A model generated the notes under the pieces. That model was not told the origin of the DNA. It saw only the letters and a list, made by a program, of their open reading frames with translations, and did not search any database. A stretch of DNA of 56,080 nt from Lentisphaeria bacterium (GTDB lineage: Bacteria; Verrucomicrobiota; Lentisphaeria; JABSQK01; JAWLHB01), in contig JAWLHB010000052.1 of the NCBI GenBank assembly GCA_041690595.1, positions 1 through 56,080 on the forward strand, read 5' to 3'. The position numbers were made by a program, and so were the translations under genes. Numbering within the stretch: position 1 is the stretch's first letter; the number at the start of each line of letters is the position of its first letter. Below, one piece after another: positions 1-8,154 of the stretch.

Positions 1-104
1 TATTATATGCCACCTATGCAAGCGCTGCAAGAGCAGACTCAAATAATCTTTTCCGGCCAGCCGAACTGGCATAGGTATCATCTCTCAGCAGATTTCAGGA
101 CACG

Positions 105-1235
105 TTGCATGCCCACTGTGAGTATCTGGAGATTCTCGTCGATACCGGGATCCTTGGGCTGGCGGCCTGGGGGCTGCTGATAGGCGGCATCCTGTGGCTC
201 GGCTACAAGCGGTTCGACGAGCTGCCGCTGCGCGACCGCCTCTATCTGGGCGGCGCCATGCTGGGAGTGGTCGCGCTCCTCGGGCAGAACCTCGTCTGCG
301 TCAACCTGCGGTGGGCGACGACCCCCTTCTACTTCTATCAGTTCCTCGGTTTGATCGTCGCGTATCGTGGCGCCGCCAGCAGCGTGCGGCTCGCCTGGCC
401 CGTTCGCCTGGCGCTGCCCGCGGTGCTCCTTGCCGGGCTCTGGTTCCTGACCCTCCAGCCATTCCGCTCCGAGATCGCCCTGAAACGGGGCGCCGACCTC
501 CAGGCACGCGCCGCCTGGAGCGACTCCTTGCCGCACCTGCAAACGGCCATCGCCCTGTGGCCGGCCAACGCTCGCGCCAGGTATTACCTCGCTTACTCCC
601 ACTTCAACCTTGGCGATTACGCGAAGGCCGAAGAAGCCTATCGCGACCTGCAACACTACAGCCCCGACTATGCCCAGATTCACTGGAATCTGGCCGCGAT
701 CTATCTGAATCGCGGCGATTGGGACGCCGCCATTGCGGAGTACCGGGAGCAACAGCAGATCGGCGGCTTACCGGCGGGGTACGATCTGGATACCCTGAAG
801 CAGACGCTCTTCGTGCAGGCCGAGCAGTCCATCAAATACGAAGCCGCCCTGCTCCAGCTCCTGGCGCTGCGCCCGAACGACGAGATCACCCTCAACATGC
901 TGGGCAACCACTGCTTCCGCGCGCGTCGATTCGACGAAGCCGCCAGCTACTACGCCGGCATCCTTGCGCATCAACCGCAGTCCATACCCGCGCTCAACAA
1001 CCTGGCCGGGGTCTACTTCGTGCGCGGCGACTATTCGGCTGCCCGCGATGTCTGTCTGCGTATCGTGGCGATACCCGACTCGGGGCCAGTTCCCTGGATC
1101 AATCTCTCGAAGGCCTACTATGCCGCCGGCAACAACGACAAGGCCCTTGAAAGCCTGCGCCAGGCCGAGCAGCTCGACCCCGACAACCGCGAACTCCACG
1201 AGCTATACGCCCTGCTTCAGGACGAGAAGCCGTAG
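105..1235 (+). pseudogene. 5'-truncated O-antigen ligase (Wzy_C)-family membrane protein with C-terminal TPR repeats
   Basis: Begins directly with HAHCEYLEILVDTGILGL, the HAHN-type late motif of O-antigen ligases. Hydrophobic helices and TPR-like repeats follow (ARYYLAYSHFNLG, IHWNLAAIYLNRG, ALNNLAGVYF). An in-frame TAG lies at 72-74, so the expected N-terminal TM region is absent. Confidence 0.65.
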
Positions 1236-4200
1236 CTATCCGTTCTGTATCTCGCGATAGCCTTTGCGGAGCTTGGCGGCGCTCATCCGTCGCCCCTCCT
1301 TGCGGGCGGCTTCGGGCGTCGTAAAGCCGCGGTCGAGGATCTGGCCCTTCTTGCCGATGGCGCCGTAGCGTACTCGGTAGTTGCAGCCCTCCACCGTGAC
1401 TTCCCAGAATTTCGTGGCCGGTTCGCCAAAGACGAAATAACGGGTGAAATCGTCGGGTGAATCCGTCGGGGATGTTGCCGGTTCGGCTGGCGCCGTCGGG
1501 GGGCTTGCGGGTTCCGGCTCGGCAGGGACTTCGTCCGGCAGTTGCTCTTCGGGCTCTTCCTCGCCGTTGAGCTGGCGCTCCAGACGGGCAATGAGCCGTT
1601 CGGGATCCTGCTGCCAATCCTTCGCCAGGACCATGGCGATCGGCCAACCGAAGGCGCGCAGCACCCCCGGTCGCAGCAGGTATCGTTCCAGAAGATTGCC
1701 GGTGGTATAGTGGAAGGCGGAGTCGATCAAAATGCCCAGGCGATAGGCACTGTCTCCCTGGCGGCAGACGGCCAGGTCGCAGCGAAGCGAGCTTTGACCG
1801 ACGTTCTCGTCCACCCGCCAACCACTCGCGCGCAACCTCGCGCCCAATTGCCCCGCGACGACGGCTCGGTCGGCGGTCGTGGCGCCGGTGGCCCGCTGTG
1901 GGGTCAGGCTTCCGAGCAGTCGCTGCGCCGTCGGCCAGGCGGCATTCGAGACGGCCGCCGCATACTCGAGGAAGTGGCGGAGGCAGTTGGCGCCGTCGTT
2001 GTACTCGTTGGTGATGTCGAAATGACGGATCGAGCTGACGACGACCATGTGGTGTTTGGCTCGGGAGAAGATGACGTTGAGCCGCTTTTCGCCGCCGCTC
2101 TTGTTGATGGGACCGAAATTCATCCGCATTTGCCCCTGACGGTCGTGACCATAGCAGATGCTGAGGATGATGATGTCCCGCTCGTCGCCCTGTACATTCT
2201 CCAGGTTCTTGACGAAGAGGCCACAGAACTGGTCATCCTCCTCGCGCTCCATCTCAGCTTCGAGACGCTCGGTAAAGGGGGCGTCTTCCCTGGCCAGGCG
2301 GTTGAGAGCATCCTCGATCTCGCCCTGTTGTGCCTCCGAGAAGGCGACAATGCCGATGCTCCGCCCGACTTCCGCCTGCAGCAGCGCCTTCACGAGGTGG
2401 GCGATGTAGGCGGCTTCGGCCGGATTACGCCTCTTCTCGTAGATTCCCCCTTCCAGGTAGTGGAAGCTGAGGCTTCGACCGAGCAGCTCCTCGATGTTCT
2501 CCACGGCATCTTCCGGCGCGTCGACGACAATGTCGGGAGACTCGGCGGGCGGCAGGTGACGGTCTGGAATGGTCAGGAGCTGGCCCTGGTAAAAGGCGTG
2601 GTTCGAGAAGTTGATCAGGCTCTCGTATCGGCTGCGATAGTGCCAGCCGAGCAACGTGTGGGGGAGGTTCTGAATGGTATGGGTGAGGAAGCTGTCCGCG
2701 TTCAGGTCGTACTCGACAAGGCTTCCTTCGTCTTCGATCGTCAGGCTCTCTTCATCGCTCGAGCGTGTCGCCGAAAAGAAGTTGCTGGGCGGCAACTGCA
2801 TCTCGTCACCAACCACGATCACCTGCGGGGCGCGATAGACGGCGGGCACGGCTTCCTCCAGCCGTATCTGGCTCGCTTCGTCGAAGATAACCACATCGAA
2901 ATGCTCGCTGTCCAGGGGGATGGTATCGGCCACGCTCAAGGGGCTCATCAGCCAGATGGGCTTGATGTCGAAGGCCACCAGCCCAGTCTCGTCATCGACA
3001 AGGTCGCGAATCGGCCGATAGCGCATGGTCTTGCCGAACTCGTGCTCCAGCTCGCGCCGTCCCCGGCTGTACTCCCGCTTGAAGATCCGTTCTTCCGGGC
3101 TCAGTTGCGACGTCGGCATGGCCGCGAGATTGACCCGTCGTCGGAAGTTCTCTTCCACCTGCTCGCGGATGAGTCGACCGTTGAGGCGCATCCAGTTGTC
3201 GTAGGCTTCGCTGAGGCCGTCCAGATGCCGCGCGAGCAGGCGACTTTCGAAGCGTTGCAGCCCGCGATCGGTACGGTAGACGCCGTTGAGACAGTGGACC
3301 GCTATTGCGGCTTCCAGCTGATCGCAGGTGAGCGGCAGGCGCGCCACGGCCCGGCGCAGGGAAGGAGGCAGGGCGATGAGTTCCTGCAGGTTCGGCAACA
3401 GCTCGGGCAGCAGCCCCAGGCTCGACTCTATCTCGTCAAAGATGCTCGCCAGCTCGTTCAGCTCCCGTTCCGGCAGGTCAGCCAGGAATGCTCCCGCCTC
3501 CTCCAGCAGAATGCCGAGCGGCGCCTGCAGCCGCGACAGGCGGGTGACGATCTCTGCCGCTTCATCGGGTTGTTCCGCCAGCCTTTCGTGAAAGCGCACC
3601 ACGAGGGGCGGCAGCTTCTCCAGGCTCGCGCGAATGGTGGCCAGCCTGGGCAGCAGGTCGATGGCATCCTCGAGGCCGTACTCCTGGAAGAAGCGGCTTT
3701 CGGCAGCTTCGAGCGCGGCGATCGCTTCGTGTTCGCGATTCAGCTCCTCGAGCACCTGCGACCAGCTCGGCGTGACTACGCAGCTCGCCCGGTCAAAGCG
3801 CTTGCCGAGCAGCTTGGTAAGGCGCCACCATTCCGGGCGGAAAAAGCGGGTGGGGCTGACTTCCAGCCGGCGAATGCGCTCCAGAGCCGCGCGGGTGTCG
3901 TCGGGATCGAGTTTCTGACGCCAGTGGGTCGTTCGCTCGGCTGCCTTTTCGAGCTGCTCCTGGCGATGACCGAAGTCGCGGACCATCTTCTCGAAGCGGC
4001 GGGCATCGGGAGAGCTGGGGCGAAGGAGGAAGAGCAGATCGATCTCCGCCAGAGGCAGAACGATGGTCGCGTAGGCAAGGAGATCCTGCAGGCCTGCGAT
4101 GGAGAGATTCCCGTCGAGCCCGACCTTCGGGTCCGTCGTTGCCTGCAGGATCGTGCCGAGGGCGAGGCGGCTTTCGCGCAGGTGCCCTTGCACGCGGGCA

Positions 4201-6725
4201 ACGGGTCCATCCATCTCCGCCACACTGGGCTGCAGGTGACGCAGCGGCGAGCGGGCAAATATGGGTGGCTCGCCGAGGTCGCGGAGCGCGGTTGCCAGGC
4301 GGCGTACGTTCCCTCCGTGCTCCCGCCAGGCGAGGTACGGCGGCAAGGCCTCCTCCTCTTCCGCGGTGAGCGAAGGACGATCCTGACTCAACTCGATGAG
4401 GCGATCGAGCAGCTCGCGCAGTGAGATGCCCGCACTCTCGACAGGGGTGGTCATGGCCTGGGAAACGCGACCGAGGATCGACAGGTGACGGTGGATCTCC
4501 TCGATTGCCGACTGGCGGTCAGGCGCGCAACTCTCGCTGCCTGGCGAGTTCAGAATGCGTTCGTAGGTTTCCTTCAACTCAAGGACGAACGCCTTCTTGT
4601 CGGTCTGCGAGTCGTGGATGAGGACGGTCAGTGGGTCGAGGTCCTGCTGTTTGAGGCGATGAAAGACCACATCGATGGCTGCCCGCTTTTCGCAGACGAA
4701 GAGGACGCGTTTGCTGCGCGCCACATAGTCGGCAATCAGGTTGGTGATGGTCTGGCTCTTGCCTGTGCCGGGCGGCCCCTGGATGATGTAGCTGCGACCG
4801 AGGCGGGCGCGCTGGATGGCCGAGATCTGGGTGGGATCGCCGGGCACGATAAGATGCAGATCCTCTGGATCGGGCGTGGCGACCGGCATGGCATCGTGAG
4901 GGCGCGGCTCCAGGGTAAAGATCTCTTCGAAGGCTGGATTCGAGGCGCCGCTCTCGATGAGCCGGGCATAATCCTGCACCAGCGTCATGCGCCGGTAATT
5001 GAAGTTGCCCAGGGTAACCGCGCACTGGTCGAAGTCCCACACGTAGGGGTTGGTCTCGCTCCCAGTTTGAAGGTGGTAGGAGTTCCTCGTCCGCTGGGAC
5101 GCATCCGGAGCCGGATCGAGGCCGGAGAGGGGGCCGGCGCCGGGATGGCGGGGACGCGGCAGCGCACCAAGCACATTTTCGAAGGGGGTAAGCGCCGGAC
5201 GGATGCGCTGCAGGAAGAGTTGCAGCCCGAGCGGCCGATAGTTCTCCCGCTCGTAGCAGTAGTCGATATCGTCGAGCTGACGCAAGCCGCGACCGCTGGG
5301 GCGAAGGCGCCGCCGGTAGTTGTTGAGCCGGCGCCGCGCGTTGTCGTAGATGAGCTTGATCTGTGGCCGATCCAGACGCTTGAGGGTGATGCCCGGTTCG
5401 CTGGCGTGGATCTGCTCGACCAGGTAACCATAAAAGGCATCGACTGTCGTCTTGGCGAGATCGATCGCTTCCGGCAGATCGAGGTTGTAGAGCTGCTTGA
5501 GATGAAAGCGCAGGGCGGGATTGACTTCGGCCAGTGCGCTGACGGGGGTCAGGACAAAGCTGTCGCGAATCCCCTTCTGGCGGGTCAGCTCGACCGGCAG
5601 CAGGAGCAGGGGAGAGTGGATGCGCTCGTCCGGGGATTCCTTGAGGTTGTGCCAGCGCAGAAAGACGAGCACCAGGCGCAGTTGGGAAAAGCCGAACTCG
5701 CGGGTGCTGCGCGTGGCTTCCTGCCGGATGCTGTCCAGGATGCTCGGCGCATAGATCGCTTCGCCGACGGCAAGGTACCGGTTGAGGTTGATCGCGTCGC
5801 CCCGCACAAGCTGCTCGAGCACCTCCGCATTCAGCGTGAAGAGCTTCTCCGGGGCGATGTTGCGATAGTCGAGCACCAGCGGTACAGACGCCTCCGTGAG
5901 GTTGAGGGTCTGTTGCGTGGGCCGAAAGTAGATGAGCCGGTTGCGGCGGGAGATTTCGAAGAGACGCTCGCGCAGATGATCGAGCACGATGCTTCGCCGA
6001 TCCGCCAAGGCCGCCTGCTGAAAGCCCGGCTGCTGCCGGTAGTCGATTGCCTGTCCCAACGCTTGATCGCGGTAGTTCTCCAGAGCCGCGATCAGCGAGG
6101 CCAGATCCTGTGGACGGCGATGAGGATCGAGTTCCGTCATGCGCACAATGGCCGATGCAATCACCGGATGCAGATCACCCTCGAGGGCAAAGAGATTTCC
6201 TCGGCTGGCCACAAAGCGCCGCAGGTCGTCGATCTCATCGAAATGGAGTCCCAGGCTGAGGCTGGCAAGGAGCAGGCCGAGCAGAAAGATGTCCGTTAAT
6301 TCATCGTGATGATCGAGACGCTCTTCCCAACTGGTGTAGCCGGGAAGGTAAACGGGCCTTGTCGGACTGCCCTCACCCACGCCCACGCTCAGGTTGTCCA
6401 CCTCGATCATGCCTTCATCGAGATCTGCATCCTGGCGGTACTCGCCGATGACCTCGATGGCGCGTGAAGGCGTCAGCAGGCCGTCAATGCGATTGCGCCG
6501 GCGCCTTGGCGGCAGCGCTTCGGCCTGGTGGAACCAGAGATGTGTCTCGTCGACCTGGATCTCCCAAGCGCCGTCCAGAGGAGCGACTTCACCGTGTTCG
6601 TGAGTGGTCAGCACCTGCCGCATTAGGGGCAGAATGGCCGCCAGTACATCATCGGTGCGGAAGTTGCCGGCGGCGACCCCTCCACCGAGAAAGGCACGGA
6701 AATCCTTCTGGGCAGGATTGGTCAT
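1236..6725 (-). CDS. Large SF1 (DNA2/NAM7/UPF1-like) helicase: N-terminal kinase-like region, DUF4011-like domain, AAA_11/AAA_12, Vsr/MTES_1575-like domain and C-terminal WGR domain
   Basis: Walker A QGPPGTGKSQT (4755-4778), Walker B IFDEASQ, GDEMQLPP, HYRS, VQGDERD, RLNVIFSRAK. LFEISRRNRLIYF is typical of DUF4011. C-terminal KFWEVTVEG...RYGAIGKKGQ...KLRKGY is WGR-like. Confidence 0.88.
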   Translation of the reverse strand: MTNPAQKDFRAFLGGGVAAGNFRTDDVLAAILPLMRQVLTTHEHGEVAPLDGAWEIQVDETHLWFHQAEALPPRRRRNRIDGLLTPSRAIEVIGEYRQDADLDEGMIEVDNLSVGVGEGSPTRPVYLPGYTSWEERLDHHDELTDIFLLGLLLASLSLGLHFDEIDDLRRFVASRGNLFALEGDLHPVIASAIVRMTELDPHRRPQDLASLIAALENYRDQALGQAIDYRQQPGFQQAALADRRSIVLDHLRERLFEISRRNRLIYFRPTQQTLNLTEASVPLVLDYRNIAPEKLFTLNAEVLEQLVRGDAINLNRYLAVGEAIYAPSILDSIRQEATRSTREFGFSQLRLVLVFLRWHNLKESPDERIHSPLLLLPVELTRQKGIRDSFVLTPVSALAEVNPALRFHLKQLYNLDLPEAIDLAKTTVDAFYGYLVEQIHASEPGITLKRLDRPQIKLIYDNARRRLNNYRRRLRPSGRGLRQLDDIDYCYERENYRPLGLQLFLQRIRPALTPFENVLGALPRPRHPGAGPLSGLDPAPDASQRTRNSYHLQTGSETNPYVWDFDQCAVTLGNFNYRRMTLVQDYARLIESGASNPAFEEIFTLEPRPHDAMPVATPDPEDLHLIVPGDPTQISAIQRARLGRSYIIQGPPGTGKSQTITNLIADYVARSKRVLFVCEKRAAIDVVFHRLKQQDLDPLTVLIHDSQTDKKAFVLELKETYERILNSPGSESCAPDRQSAIEEIHRHLSILGRVSQAMTTPVESAGISLRELLDRLIELSQDRPSLTAEEEEALPPYLAWREHGGNVRRLATALRDLGEPPIFARSPLRHLQPSVAEMDGPVARVQGHLRESRLALGTILQATTDPKVGLDGNLSIAGLQDLLAYATIVLPLAEIDLLFLLRPSSPDARRFEKMVRDFGHRQEQLEKAAERTTHWRQKLDPDDTRAALERIRRLEVSPTRFFRPEWWRLTKLLGKRFDRASCVVTPSWSQVLEELNREHEAIAALEAAESRFFQEYGLEDAIDLLPRLATIRASLEKLPPLVVRFHERLAEQPDEAAEIVTRLSRLQAPLGILLEEAGAFLADLPERELNELASIFDEIESSLGLLPELLPNLQELIALPPSLRRAVARLPLTCDQLEAAIAVHCLNGVYRTDRGLQRFESRLLARHLDGLSEAYDNWMRLNGRLIREQVEENFRRRVNLAAMPTSQLSPEERIFKREYSRGRRELEHEFGKTMRYRPIRDLVDDETGLVAFDIKPIWLMSPLSVADTIPLDSEHFDVVIFDEASQIRLEEAVPAVYRAPQVIVVGDEMQLPPSNFFSATRSSDEESLTIEDEGSLVEYDLNADSFLTHTIQNLPHTLLGWHYRSRYESLINFSNHAFYQGQLLTIPDRHLPPAESPDIVVDAPEDAVENIEELLGRSLSFHYLEGGIYEKRRNPAEAAYIAHLVKALLQAEVGRSIGIVAFSEAQQGEIEDALNRLAREDAPFTERLEAEMEREEDDQFCGLFVKNLENVQGDERDIIILSICYGHDRQGQMRMNFGPINKSGGEKRLNVIFSRAKHHMVVVSSIRHFDITNEYNDGANCLRHFLEYAAAVSNAAWPTAQRLLGSLTPQRATGATTADRAVVAGQLGARLRASGWRVDENVGQSSLRCDLAVCRQGDSAYRLGILIDSAFHYTTGNLLERYLLRPGVLRAFGWPIAMVLAKDWQQDPERLIARLERQLNGEEEPEEQLPDEVPAEPEPASPPTAPAEPATSPTDSPDDFTRYFVFGEPATKFWEVTVEGCNYRVRYGAIGKKGQILDRGFTTPEAARKEGRRMSAAKLRKGYREIQNG

Positions 6726-7915
6726 GATGAAGCCTCCTCATCGGCCATGGCCTCCGCTGCCTTGCGCATGACAGCCAGCTGGCGCTTGTTCATGCGCAGC
6801 TCTTTGGCGATAATGCCGTCGTAGCAATCGGCAAGGCCGATTTCGCCCGCCAGTCTCCATGTGGCAGCCAGGGCATTCTCTTCAAGGTCGGGGTCGACTG
6901 TACCGAAATCGAGGAGGAGATAGCAGAGATACTCCTGAAGCCGGGGATCTTCGAAGCAGCATTCCGCCAGGCAATCAGGGTCGGGCCGAACGACCATATC
7001 TGAGAAAAAGAGGTGGGCGTGCCCCATGACGCGGTCGGTGCGCAGCCACTCCCGGCTCAGCAAGTGTCCCAGTAGTCGTCGCGTCAGGGTCGTGAGTTTC
7101 TGCTGGTCGAGCAGGTCCATTTCGTTGAGCGTCAGCGGACCCTGAATCATTCGTCGCAGTTCGACGTCCACCTCGTCGGCCGCCAGCTCGCCTCTGCTCC
7201 AGAGATTCACCGCCCGTGCACGAATATACGCCTCGGGATGGGTGACGCCGTCGGTCTTGATCTTATCGCGCAGCAGGATTTCGTCAGCCTGCTTGAGGTA
7301 TGCCGCCGCACTCACTTTCTCCAGCCCCGTCATCACTTTCACCAAGGCTGAGACCGCCACTTGCGGATCGTCGACAACCATGGCGGAGCCGCGATCCGCA
7401 AAGATCTCCGTATACAACTGGTAGCGGCGGGCGCTGTGAAAGTGGCTTGCTTCGGCCCGCGGGTCGTTCGCCATGGCAAGCAGGGCGCGATCGGTGGTGA
7501 GGTAGTCTCCATCTTCGAGCTCCCACAGCACGTAATGCGCGAACTCGTGCCCGATCAGCGACTTGATCTCCCGGTCATCCAGATGCTCCAGGACCTGCCC
7601 GGCGAAGACCAGGTGAATCTCGCGCGGCGCATAGCAGAGAAAAGCGCCCGAATCCCGCTGCTCGGTCGATTGATAAAGGGTGACCGGGACCCCCAGATCG
7701 AAGACGGCGAGCACCTCGTCGGCCAGTCTGTGAAGCTCCCCATGGCTTTCACGATCGAGGCGATACGTTGCTTTCAACAGATCGAGACGAATCTGGTCCA
7801 GATACTCCGTCTCCGTCGACTTCGATGCAAACCATGCCCACAGCGCCGGTTCCTCCTGCTTCAGGAAGTCGCGCAACATCCGGTGATAGAAGAGTGGCTC
7901 CACGCCGGCATCCAT
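6722..7915 (-). CDS. M48-family zinc metallopeptidase, apparently soluble
   Basis: IGHEFAH (HExxH), downstream EIFADR third ligand and THP motif. No obvious TM helices or signal peptide. ATGA overlap with the helicase start. Confidence 0.85.
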   Translation of the reverse strand: MDAGVEPLFYHRMLRDFLKQEEPALWAWFASKSTETEYLDQIRLDLLKATYRLDRESHGELHRLADEVLAVFDLGVPVTLYQSTEQRDSGAFLCYAPREIHLVFAGQVLEHLDDREIKSLIGHEFAHYVLWELEDGDYLTTDRALLAMANDPRAEASHFHSARRYQLYTEIFADRGSAMVVDDPQVAVSALVKVMTGLEKVSAAAYLKQADEILLRDKIKTDGVTHPEAYIRARAVNLWSRGELAADEVDVELRRMIQGPLTLNEMDLLDQQKLTTLTRRLLGHLLSREWLRTDRVMGHAHLFFSDMVVRPDPDCLAECCFEDPRLQEYLCYLLLDFGTVDPDLEENALAATWRLAGEIGLADCYDGIIAKELRMNKRQLAVMRKAAEAMADEEASS

Positions 7916-8154
7916 TCCCGCTGAAGGTCAAACTCGTGCCGAGAAAGGATACTTAATAGCACGCCATCCAGACTTCCGCAACAGGCGTCAAAAGGCGGCT
8001 CATGGGAAGGGATGTTTGCCGAGCCAGACTTTGCGAAATCTGCTTTTCTGCGTCAATCGCGGGTGTCATGGCATATTCTGCTCGCGGAACCATGGGGGAG
8101 AGCCGGTGTCCTTGAAAGGATACAGCAGGTTTGGTTGACGACTACAGGATTCTT

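Noticed and set aside
8068..8085. TGGCATATTCTGC upstream of the TPR operon as a sigma54 promoter
   Set aside because: GG-to-GC spacing is 8 nt rather than the required 10.
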